DNA from: Syntrophales bacterium
GTDB taxonomy: Bacteria > Desulfobacterota > Syntrophia > Syntrophales > PHBD01
DNA: 64,000 bases
NCBI GenBank assembly: GCA_963668175.1
Contig: OY764159.1
Coordinates: forward strand, 4,480,001 to 4,544,000
Reading direction: 5' to 3'
A model generated the notes under the pieces. That model saw nothing but the letters and a program-made list of their open reading frames with translations. It had not been told where the DNA came from and made no database searches. Of this stretch, positions 1-8,263 are shown piece after piece (the stretch's first letter is position 1; each line of letters begins with the position of its first letter). The position numbers and the translations under genes are program-made.

Positions 1-523
1 TCGTCTTATGGCGGGCGATACCTTCGCGCGTTTCAAAGCAAAGATTGAGGCCGTCATAATCCCGGTAACGCTTTTCCAGGGAGTCGACAATCCTGAGGCT
101 TTGAATATTATGCTCGAAGCCCCCGTCGTTTTTCATCAGTTCGTCAAGTTCCTCCTCGCCGGCGTGACCGAAGGGGGTATGCCCCAGATCATGGGCATAA
201 GCGATGGCTTCACACAGGTCTTCGTTAAGGCCTAATACCCTGGCAAAAGTCCTCGCATGCTGGGCGACTTCCAGGGTATGGGTCAATCTCGTCCTGTAAA
301 AATCGCCTTCCGTAATGAGGAAGACCTGGGTTTTGTACTGGAGGTCCTTAAAGGCCTTTGAATAGAGGATCCTGTCCCGATCCCTCTGAAAACACGTCCG
401 GAAATCGTCGTGCTCGTCGCCATGGAGCGTTCTGCCGAGACTCCGGGCGCTCTTTGTCGCATAGAGGGCCAGGCTTTCCTCTTCAACCTTTTCAAGTCTT
501 GCGCGAGGCGTTAATGTCCGCAA
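1..523 (-). CDS. dgt: Deoxyguanosinetriphosphate triphosphohydrolase (HD domain), 3' end runs off the window
   Basis: Not in the ORF track. Manual minus-strand translation from TTG at 523 (AAGGA upstream) gives ...[28 protein letters not shown]...[12 protein letters not shown]...[14 protein letters not shown]...[13 protein letters not shown], the classic dGTPase motifs. The 8..235(+) and 283..495(-) ORFs are shadows. Confidence 0.92.
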   Translation of the reverse strand, partial: MRTLTPRARLEKVEEESLALYATKSARSLGRTLHGDEHDDFRTCFQRDRDRILYSKAFKDLQYKTQVFLITEGDFYRTRLTHTLEVAQHARTFARVLGLNEDLCEAIAYAHDLGHTPFGHAGEEELDELMKNDGGFEHNIQSLRIVDSLEKRYRDYDGLNLCFETREGIARHKT

Positions 524-678
524 CCGTTTCGTCCTTCGTCGTCATGATTCATGAAATGTAATGAAAAACTATCACCGCTTCATTCGTAAATCAATATCAA
601 AAGGTGCGGCCTTTCCGGTTGACACGGATGACGAAATTCGCCATATGGGACGGGCGGTCAGATAAGGAGGAACAAGAC

Positions 679-1854
679 ATGGCTTTACCCCTGCAAGGCA
701 TTCGCGTTCTCGATCTTTCGCAACTGTTGCCCGGCTCGCTCTGCACCCAGATGCTTGCCGATTTGGGCGCAGACGTCATCAAAATAGAACATCCGGAAAG
801 AGGGGACAGTTTCCGTTATGTGGCCCCGTTCATCGGAAACTGGGGCAGTTATTTCCACATTGCCAACCGCAATAAGAAAGGTTTGTCTCTGAACCTGAAA
901 ACAAAGGCAGGGCTCGAGATACTGAAAGCATTGGCGGAGAAGGCAGACGTCCTTCTGGAGAATTTCCGGCCCGGCGCCATCGGTAAAATGGGGTTGGGCT
1001 ATGAAGATTTGAAGCAGGTCAACCCACGGCTCATTTACTGTTCCCTGACGAGTTTCGGACAGGACGGACCTCACAGCGACCGGGCAGCACACGATCTGGA
1101 CGTCATGGGGCTGTCCGGCATCCTTGACCTCCTGGGCATACAGGGGCAACAACCGATTGTGCCGGTTGTACAGTTTGCCGGCGTGAGCGCCAGCCTGAAC
1201 GCCGTGATCGGTATTCTGACCGCCCTTTTTATGAGAGAGCGAACAGGAGAAGGACAGCACATCGACGCCTCCCTTCTCGACGGATTGACGCCCTTCTTAA
1301 GCCTTATCATGGCCCAATACATGACGGACGGGAAACTCCCGAAGCGAGGGGAAGCTAACCTGGGCGGAGGTTCCGTCACTTATAATGTCTATAAGACCAG
1401 GGACGGGAAGTACATTTCCCTGGGCTGCGTCGAAGAGAAGTTCTGGAAGGGCTTCTGTCAGGCAATCGACCGGGAAGACCTTGTCCCCGCCTGGTCGATG
1501 CCCGTAACCGATCAACAGGAGATCATGTCCGAGATAAGAATGATTGTTGCCGGAAAAACCCGGACGGAATGGCTTTCGCTCCTTTCGCAATTTGAAACCT
1601 GCTTTGCCCCGGTCAATGACCTGGAGGAGGCCCTTGCCGATCCGCAGGTTATTCACAGAGGACTCTGGTTCAAGGATCGACATCCCCACGGAGGCAGTGT
1701 CCCCCAACAGGGCTTCCCGGTCAAGTTTTCCTCCTTTACCCCCGGCTGGCGCACACCCCCACCGGACCTCGGCGAGCATACGGCGGAGATTTTGCGCGAC
1801 ATGGGATATTCGGAAGCCCAGATCGCCGCATGGGTTTCCAAAGGAATCGTCTGA
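679..1854 (+). CDS. CoA-transferase family III (CaiB/BaiF)
   Basis: [16 protein letters not shown]...[23 protein letters not shown]...LGLGYE, C-terminal [11 protein letters not shown] at 679 follows AAGGAGG. Confidence 0.93.
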   Translation: MALPLQGIRVLDLSQLLPGSLCTQMLADLGADVIKIEHPERGDSFRYVAPFIGNWGSYFHIANRNKKGLSLNLKTKAGLEILKALAEKADVLLENFRPGAIGKMGLGYEDLKQVNPRLIYCSLTSFGQDGPHSDRAAHDLDVMGLSGILDLLGIQGQQPIVPVVQFAGVSASLNAVIGILTALFMRERTGEGQHIDASLLDGLTPFLSLIMAQYMTDGKLPKRGEANLGGGSVTYNVYKTRDGKYISLGCVEEKFWKGFCQAIDREDLVPAWSMPVTDQQEIMSEIRMIVAGKTRTEWLSLLSQFETCFAPVNDLEEALADPQVIHRGLWFKDRHPHGGSVPQQGFPVKFSSFTPGWRTPPPDLGEHTAEILRDMGYSEAQIAAWVSKGIV

Positions 1855-1938
1855 GGAAACCGGACTGCCCTCTCCCGCCTGAAACCATCGTATATATTCC
1901 GGCCGTGCCCCCAACGCCTCCAAAGGACGCGGGTGGGA

Positions 1939-3081
1939 TTAAAAATGATCTTCCCGGTTGACCACCAGATGTTCACGTTTCTTCCCGTCGACGGCAGACC
2001 GCCAAGGGGTCGTCTGCCAATTGTCGCGGTAGCCGGTCTTGGGCAGCCATGGCGGCAGGGGAAAACGGAAAAAGCGGGAAAGCGAGCAGATATAAGGCTC
2101 ATAAAGCATCCGCAGTTCCGCAAGGTTGCTCGCCAGGATATCCTTGTCCGGCAGGGTCAGACCGGTAGAAGCAACGAGGGCATACAGGCGTTCGAAGTCG
2201 TCAGGAGGGAGTCGGTTGATCGTGCCATGGTGGGGAGGGCAGCTGTAAACCTGGGCCAAATCGACAATCGTGTGCCGCGTCATGGCAAAGGTGAAGCGGG
2301 CCTGATCGCTGCGGACTCCTTCCGTTGCCGCCATGATGATCGCACTGGCATCGAGGATGGCCGTGAGCGATCCCAGCCAGGACTGGTTGTCGTGATGCGA
2401 CCGGAAAAAGGCCAAAATCGGATAGGACAAAAGGCTCTCCAGAAGTTCGGCCGACCATCTTTCCCAATCGTAAAAATGGCGATCCAATTCCGTCAGGTCA
2501 TCCCGGTGGATATGGCGGAGCAGCATCTCGGTGGCCACAGGGGGCGATCCGGCATGAGAATCGAGGAGCGATACGGCAATCTCCCGCCTGGCGAACGATT
2601 GGTTAAGGAGAGGCAGATAGCTGATGACGAGAGCAAGAAATCCGAATCCCATTCCCGACTCCAACGCGGCGAGCCCCCGTCCCAAGGCTGTACCCGGGAC
2701 GACATCACCCAGCCCCAGAGTGAAGAACGTTGTCCCGCTCAGGTAAAGATACGTCCAAAAGCCGGCCGTTCCCTGCGGCGTTGCCAGGATCGTATCAAAG
2801 GCCCAATGCATGAGGGAGAAGCCCGTGATCAGCCCCGTCGCCCAGAGTATAATCAGTACGATGACCGAAAGGGGACCAAAAAAACCAAGGAAAGTATCCT
2901 GGCGGCGATGGGGTTTTATCATGCGTGCCAGGAACAGCCAAATGACCCAGGTGTATCGGAAATAGAGACGGGCCAGACGGAAACGGCGCGTCACCCGCCG
3001 GGGAAGGACCATGGTTTCAAAAGCGTCCCCCAGGATGATGACTATGAGAATCGTACCGACGATAAAAACGGCGATGTTCAA
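1939..3081 (-). CDS. Potassium-channel family membrane protein with long C-terminal domain
   Basis: TM helices flank the pore motif YLYLSGTTFFTLGLGDVVP (TxGxGD filter), followed by inner helix ESGMGFGFLALVISYL. Confidence 0.8.
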   Translation of the reverse strand: MNIAVFIVGTILIVIILGDAFETMVLPRRVTRRFRLARLYFRYTWVIWLFLARMIKPHRRQDTFLGFFGPLSVIVLIILWATGLITGFSLMHWAFDTILATPQGTAGFWTYLYLSGTTFFTLGLGDVVPGTALGRGLAALESGMGFGFLALVISYLPLLNQSFARREIAVSLLDSHAGSPPVATEMLLRHIHRDDLTELDRHFYDWERWSAELLESLLSYPILAFFRSHHDNQSWLGSLTAILDASAIIMAATEGVRSDQARFTFAMTRHTIVDLAQVYSCPPHHGTINRLPPDDFERLYALVASTGLTLPDKDILASNLAELRMLYEPYICSLSRFFRFPLPPWLPKTGYRDNWQTTPWRSAVDGKKREHLVVNREDHF

Positions 3082-3282
3082 GTTGCCACCGTCAATCCTT
3101 TACGTATTTTTGCACCGGCAGATGAGCCGTTACAATAAAAAAATACATCATGAGGTGATAGTGGTCAACAGAGAATCCATTGCAGAAAGATGATTTTCAG
3201 GATGAGTGAGATTCCTGTTTTCCTGAGGGAAGTATCGAGAACGTTCGAGAACCGCACCAGGTGATCAATGATCTGCGAAACG

Positions 3283-3314
3283 AAAAAAGCCGTCCCATCG
3301 TGAGACGGGACGGC
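3283..3314 (-). terminator. Intrinsic terminator downstream of the crystallin lipoprotein gene
   Basis: GCCGTCCC...GGGACGGC stem followed by a T6 tract on the minus strand. Confidence 0.75.
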
Positions 3315-3348
3315 CTCTTAAAACTGCCGGTGGTTTTTTTGGTGGGGA

Positions 3349-3747
3349 TCAACCGGCAGGATAACATTTTATCGATTTAATTTTATCGGACCATCCCTTC
3401 TCCCGGAAGTCCGGATAATTGCCCTCTCCCAAGGGGCCCAGTTTATTGCCCTTGCAGTCGGTATCCTCATAGAATTCGCACTTCAGGCCGCTTCCAATCC
3501 GTGCGGAAGAGATGGTACCCGAATAGCTTTGGGCCTTATCCTGCGCGACGTTTGGCGAATCATGCTTCTGCGGATGAAAGAGATCAGGTTCATACGTGCC
3601 CGAAGAAAGGGGAATAGATTCTCCTCCATACTGGCTCTGTCCATAAGCGGTGCCTCTTCCGAATTCGACCTGTTTCTGTGCTGACGCTGAACATCCCGCC
3701 AATCCCACAGCGACTATGACCACCAATGCCCATTTTAGAAGTTTCAT
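3349..3747 (-). CDS. Lipoprotein with a beta/gamma-crystallin (Greek key) domain
   Basis: Signal peptide with lipobox LAG|C; motifs AYGQSQYGG...TISSARI and EFYEDTDCKG...GNYPDF...WSDKIKSIK; strong RBS GAGGAGG. Confidence 0.72.
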   Translation of the reverse strand: MKLLKWALVVIVAVGLAGCSASAQKQVEFGRGTAYGQSQYGGESIPLSSGTYEPDLFHPQKHDSPNVAQDKAQSYSGTISSARIGSGLKCEFYEDTDCKGNKLGPLGEGNYPDFREKGWSDKIKSIKCYPAG

Positions 3748-4039
3748 TTTGTGACCTCCTCTTAACCTCTTATCTACGGCCTTCCCGGCGTCCGCCTTAC
3801 AGCCACGGGAACACTCCCGATAAGGCCGAGTCTACGCCCGGACGGCGTTTTTCGCCCTGCGGCCGCGGGATCAAGTCTGAAACCTCAACCCCACGGATAC
3901 CGCGCAACCGAAAGAGGCGATGAAGGAAACCGAGTCTCGGCCGTGCCTGTCCTTCTCTTATCGATCCCTTCCGCCGGCCTGTGCATGATTCCTTTCCGGG
4001 CAAATTCCCGGAGACCCGGTAAAGTCGAATGTCCGTATA

Positions 4040-4318
4040 TCATCGGACTTCGATCCAGACGGCATGTGAAACCAGGCCGTACTCTGCAAGGACGCTGCAC
4101 AGGGAGAGACCGGCGGCACTTCCCCATGGTTCTACCTGATCCGAATTCCAATAAATATGGATATTCAAGCCGTTTTCAGTCATGGCGTGACGGAACAGGA
4201 GGGTTCTCTCGATGCCGCTGTTCGGACCGATTTCCGAGATCAGGCCGGCGACCTTCTGATGCACAATCTCCCTGTTTTGCTCGGCGACCTGCATCATAAT
4301 AACCTCCAGCCATTTCAT
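4040..4318 (-). CDS. Small hypothetical protein (MKWLEVI...LVSHAVWIEVR, 92 aa) under a sigma54 promoter
   Basis: ATG at 4318 with GGAG upstream; lies directly downstream of a -24/-12 element and divergent from a sigma54 activator. Confidence 0.7.
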   Translation of the reverse strand: MKWLEVIMMQVAEQNREIVHQKVAGLISEIGPNSGIERTLLFRHAMTENGLNIHIYWNSDQVEPWGSAAGLSLCSVLAEYGLVSHAVWIEVR

Positions 4319-4353
4319 CTTCTCCGCCTCTCGGGTTCTTTTCACCTTATTGT

Positions 4354-4369
4354 CGCATAGACTATGCCA
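4354..4369 (-). promoter_or_regulatory. Sigma54 -24/-12 promoter
   Basis: Minus strand TGGCATAGTCTATGCG has exact GG-N10-GC spacing, about 35 nt upstream of the 4318 ATG. Confidence 0.75.
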
Positions 4370-4420
4370 CACAATATTATCCGTTATATCATATTGTTAC
4401 GAGAATGAATCCAACATTAT

Positions 4421-4475
4421 TGCGATTTTTCGCAGAACAAATTGCGCTATTTCACAACAAGTGCTATATTGCACA
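4421..4475. promoter_or_regulatory. Putative enhancer (UAS) sites for the adjacent sigma54 activator
   Basis: Three related 14-mers: TGCGATTTTTCGCA (4421-4434), TGCGCTATTTCACA (4443-4456), TGCTATATTGCACA (4462-4475). An IHF-like TATCATATTGTTA at 4387-4399 lies between them and the promoter. Confidence 0.55.
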
Positions 4476-4603
4476 AATCGGGAAGGTTCTTCATCCCAGG
4501 AACTCCAGTGCTTCAAGGACAAAGTGATGTCTATCGCAATGCCGTATCCGGATAGAATAAAAATAGTATTTCCAATATCTTATATCTTCGGAGGAAACCG
4601 CCC

Positions 4604-6145
4604 ATGATTGATGAAAATGATTTCTTCCGTCAGATGACGATCAGAATCTGCGGCAGCCTCGATCTGGACAGATCCCTTCAGCATTCTCTGCTCTATCTGC
4701 GGTCGTTCATGCCGGTGGACGAGATTTTTCTTCATCTCTACGAACAAAGCCTGGGGGCCATCCGAACCATAGCCGCGGTGACGTCTGCAGACAGCAGGAA
4801 TCCGGAGAAGATAACCCTCCTGACCAGGGAAGGCCGAATGAGTCTGGAAAAACCAGGGGTGCAGAATGTGCGGATCGTCAACCGCCCCGAAAGCGATCCC
4901 GTGATCGCCAAGATAGCGGAATCGTTCCGAATACCCGGATCATCGGCATTAATCATGCGACTGGTCATCGAAGGCGCACGATTGGGGTCCATCGTCCTGA
5001 CAGCGGACGGGTTTGACCGTTACAGGGAAGAACATGCCCGGCTCCTCGCGCTCCTGAACGAACCTTTCGCTGTCGCCCTGTCCAACGCCCTGGCCTACCG
5101 TGAGGTCATACGGCTGAAAGATATGCTGATGGACGACAACCGGTATCTCCACGACGAATTGCTGCGACTGTCTTACGATACGATCATAGGAAGCGACTTC
5201 GGCCTGAAAGACGTCATAGCCATGGTCCAGAAAGTCGCGCCGCTGGAAAGCCCCGTGCTGCTTCTGGGAGAGACGGGCGTCGGCAAAGGGGTTATCGCCA
5301 GCGCGATTCACCAATTGTCGCCGCGAAGAAAAGGGCCCTTCATTACGGTCAACAGCGGCGCGATCCCGGAAACTCTCTTGGACAGTGAACTTTTCGGCCA
5401 CGAGAAAGGGTCGTTTACAGGCGCCTTCGAACAGAAGCGCGGCAGGTTCGAACGGGCCGACGGAGGCACCATCTTCATCGATGAAATCGGAGAACTTCAA
5501 CCTCAGGCCCAGGTCAGAATGCTTCGCGTTCTCCAGGACAAAGTCATCGAACGTGTGGGGGGAACGAAACCAATCCCTGTCGATATCCGCATCATCGCCG
5601 CCACCCATCGCAACCTTCAGGAGATGGTCCGTATGAATCAGTTCCGGGAAGACCTGTGGTTTCGGATCAACGTCTTCCCTATCCGGGTCCTGCCGCTTCG
5701 GGAAAGAAAAGGGGATATTCCGTCGCTCGTTTATTATTTTATCAACAAGAAGGCAAGGGAGCTGAAACTACCCGTCCCTCCCGAACCGGCGCATGACGCG
5801 GTTGAACGACTCATGAGCTATCACTGGCCGGGCAACGTCCGGGAACTTGAGAATCTTGTGGAGCGGGAAATGATCCTGAATCCGAAAGGCCCCCTGGATT
5901 TCAACATCCTAGAGTTTCAGGACGGCGGCTACGACCAGGCATCGCTGCTGACGCTTCCGGGGCGTCCCGTAAGGCTCGACGAAATAACCGCCAGGCATAT
6001 CCAAAACGTGTTACGAATGACCCATGGTGTCGTCCATGGAGCGGAAGGCGCTGCGGCCCTCCTCGGCATCAACCCCAGCACCCTGAGGAGCAGAATGAAG
6101 AAATTGGGAATATCCTACGGCAGGGGCACGAAGAGATACGTGTAG
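4604..6145 (+). CDS. Sigma54-dependent transcriptional activator (GAF-AAA+-HTH, FhlA/HyfR-like)
   Basis: GETGVGK Walker [30 protein letters not shown]-terminal [23 protein letters not shown]-terminal GAF-like region. Confidence 0.95.
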   Translation: MIDENDFFRQMTIRICGSLDLDRSLQHSLLYLRSFMPVDEIFLHLYEQSLGAIRTIAAVTSADSRNPEKITLLTREGRMSLEKPGVQNVRIVNRPESDPVIAKIAESFRIPGSSALIMRLVIEGARLGSIVLTADGFDRYREEHARLLALLNEPFAVALSNALAYREVIRLKDMLMDDNRYLHDELLRLSYDTIIGSDFGLKDVIAMVQKVAPLESPVLLLGETGVGKGVIASAIHQLSPRRKGPFITVNSGAIPETLLDSELFGHEKGSFTGAFEQKRGRFERADGGTIFIDEIGELQPQAQVRMLRVLQDKVIERVGGTKPIPVDIRIIAATHRNLQEMVRMNQFREDLWFRINVFPIRVLPLRERKGDIPSLVYYFINKKARELKLPVPPEPAHDAVERLMSYHWPGNVRELENLVEREMILNPKGPLDFNILEFQDGGYDQASLLTLPGRPVRLDEITARHIQNVLRMTHGVVHGAEGAAALLGINPSTLRSRMKKLGISYGRGTKRYV

Positions 6146-6228
6146 CGTCAGAACTGTTCTGGTGCGTTCCGGAACGCCTGAGAAAGCTTCCCGTCATCGA
6201 AGAAGCATCAAGAACCCCCCAAACGAAA

Positions 6229-6262
6229 ATCGGGGATTCGGATTATAATCCGAATCCCCGAT
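6229..6262. terminator. Perfect 34-bp palindrome, probable bidirectional terminator
   Basis: ATCGGGGATTCGGATTA|TAATCCGAATCCCCGAT between the convergent activator gene and tRNA-Leu; T-rich tail on the minus strand. Confidence 0.7.
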
Positions 6263-6288
6263 CTCTGTGAGAAATCCCACTCTATCTA

Positions 6289-6375
6289 TGGTGCCGAAGC
6301 CGGGATTTGAACCCGGACAGGCCTACACCCACTAGACCCTGAACCTAGCGCGTCTACCAATTCCGCCACTTCGGC
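6289..6375 (-). tRNA. tRNA-Leu (anticodon CAG)
   Basis: Minus strand GCCGAAGTGGCGGAATTGGTAGACGCGCTAGGTT-CAG-GGTCTAG...GGTTCAAATCCCGGCTTCGGCACCA; long variable arm and encoded CCA. Confidence 0.97.
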
Positions 6376-6492
6376 AATGATGTCCAAGGAACTGCAAACT
6401 CAAGGGCTCTCTACAACGACGTAAGGTTGGTTGTCAAGGAAAAATGACGGCTGTCGCCGCCGCCGGCTCATTTGATCCGATCAAAAACACCC

Positions 6493-6521
6493 TTGATATT
6501 CATGGAATAAATGATTAAGTT
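6493..6521 (+). promoter_or_regulatory. Putative sigma70 promoter for ribF-nfi
   Basis: TTGATA-N17-TAAGTT. Confidence 0.45.
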
Positions 6522-6559
6522 AGCGCGGCAAATAAACAAAGCAAAGGCAAGCATTATCC

Positions 6560-7495
6560 ATGAAAATCATCACTAGCATCAACGATATTCCTGCCGATCT
6601 GCACGGGTCCGTCGTCACCATCGGCAATTTCGACGGCGTCCATCTCGGCCATCAGTCCATATTCAAACAGGTCGTCGCCGATGCGCGCCAGGTCAACGGG
6701 AAAGCCGTCGTCATTACGTTCGACCCGCATCCGAAGATGGTCCTGCATCCGGAAAGGAGGCCCTTCTATCTGATAACGACCATCTCGGAGAAGGCGGCGC
6801 TCATTGCGCAGACGGGTATTGACGCATTGATCATCATTTCGTTTTCATTAGAATTCGCCAAGACCACGGCAGGAGAATTCGTGAATCATATCCTGTGGGA
6901 TAAGCTTCGCATCCGCAAAATCATCATCGGACACGATTACGCCTTCGGCAGGAACAAGGAGGGTAATGAAGCTTTTCTCGCCGCCCATGGGAAAAGATTG
7001 GGATTCGAGGTACAGGTGATTCATGCGTTCAGCATCGGAGATACGGTCATCAGCAGTACCCGTGTCCGCAACGCCTTGACGGCGGGCGAGATACGCCTTG
7101 CATCGGAATGGTTAGGACGCCCCTACAGTCTGGCCGGAACCGTCGTTCGCGGGCATCAAAGGGGCGCCGGTCTCGGTTTTCCCACGGCAAACATCCAATC
7201 GGACAAGCTCCCTCTTCCCCCGGACGGCGTGTACGCCGTCGTCGTATGCCTGGATGGAAACCGCTACCGCAGTGTCCTCAATATCGGGAACAACCCGACT
7301 TTCGGCGATGCGGCCCGAACCGTCGAGGCCTTCATCCTCGATTTCAAGGGTGACGTCTACGATAAGGACATCGAAGTCCTCTTCATCGACCGGATACGCC
7401 CGGAGATAAAATTTGACGGCCCGGAAAAATTGATCGCCCAGATCAAACAGGACATCGTTCAGGCCGAGACCATTCTCAAGGATATGCCGTCATAA
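6560..7495 (+). CDS. ribF: Bifunctional riboflavin kinase / FAD synthetase
   Basis: TIGNFDGVHLGHQ, ISSTRVR, GFPTAN, NIGNNPTF, VEAFILDF, RIRPEIKF. Confidence 0.97.
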   Translation: MKIITSINDIPADLHGSVVTIGNFDGVHLGHQSIFKQVVADARQVNGKAVVITFDPHPKMVLHPERRPFYLITTISEKAALIAQTGIDALIIISFSLEFAKTTAGEFVNHILWDKLRIRKIIIGHDYAFGRNKEGNEAFLAAHGKRLGFEVQVIHAFSIGDTVISSTRVRNALTAGEIRLASEWLGRPYSLAGTVVRGHQRGAGLGFPTANIQSDKLPLPPDGVYAVVVCLDGNRYRSVLNIGNNPTFGDAARTVEAFILDFKGDVYDKDIEVLFIDRIRPEIKFDGPEKLIAQIKQDIVQAETILKDMPS

Positions 7496-7499
7496 CTTT

Positions 7500-8189
7500 A
7501 TGAGAATTCGAAACCTGCATGCCTGGGACGTTACCTCCCGGGAAGCCGTGGCTCTCCAGCAGGAGATCAAAAGTCTCCTGATTCTTGGAGACGATGATCT
7601 TCCCCGACAGATCAGGACCGTAGCCGGGGCCGACATCTCCTACACCAAGGGCAGCGACCTTTTCTTCGCCGTCGTGCTGATCATGACCTTTCCGGATATG
7701 GACGTCATCGAAGAAGCGTCTTTCTGCGCACGAGTCGCTTTTCCTTACATCCCCGGCCTGCTGAGCTTCCGGGAGGGACCTCCCCTCCTTGAGGCCTTCG
7801 CCAAGATCAAAAACACCCCCGACGTCATCATCTTTGACGGACAGGGAATCAGCCATCCGCGGGGCGTGGGACTGGCGTCCCATATCGGTCTTTTCCTGGA
7901 TATCCCTGCGATCGGCTGCGCCAAAAAACGTCTGGTAGGCACCCATGCAGAGGTCGGTCTGCAGGCGGGGTCCGTTGCCGATTTGAGGCTCGGCGAGGAA
8001 ACCGTTGGGGCCGTCGTCCGGACCAAGACGAATGTCCGCCCTGTCTATATATCACCGGGACACAAGATCGGCCTTGAAAAGGCCGTCTCTGTCGTCCTCT
8101 CTTGCTGTCGCGGTTACCGGCTTCCGGAACCGGTGCGCAAGGCCCATCTGGCCGTGAATCGTCTGCGACTGGAAGGTGCACGAGCCTGA
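7500..8189 (+). CDS. nfi: Endonuclease V
   Basis: VAGADISY, FPYIPGLLSFRE, FDGQGISHPRGVGLASH, IGCAK, PVYISPGH, YRLPEPVRKAH. Confidence 0.96.
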   Translation: MRIRNLHAWDVTSREAVALQQEIKSLLILGDDDLPRQIRTVAGADISYTKGSDLFFAVVLIMTFPDMDVIEEASFCARVAFPYIPGLLSFREGPPLLEAFAKIKNTPDVIIFDGQGISHPRGVGLASHIGLFLDIPAIGCAKKRLVGTHAEVGLQAGSVADLRLGEETVGAVVRTKTNVRPVYISPGHKIGLEKAVSVVLSCCRGYRLPEPVRKAHLAVNRLRLEGARA

Positions 8190-8263
8190 CACTCGGATCT
8201 CACAAACCAGCCGTTTAAGAAACGCATTCAAAACGGCACCCGCCGACTGCCCGGACATCATTT

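Noticed and set aside
1..523. dGTPase as an anti-phage defence gene
   Set aside because: Looks like the ordinary housekeeping type, has no defence neighbours in view, and is only partly visible.
1933..3138. 401-aa plus-strand ORF
   Set aside because: Antisense shadow of the K+ channel gene; no motifs.
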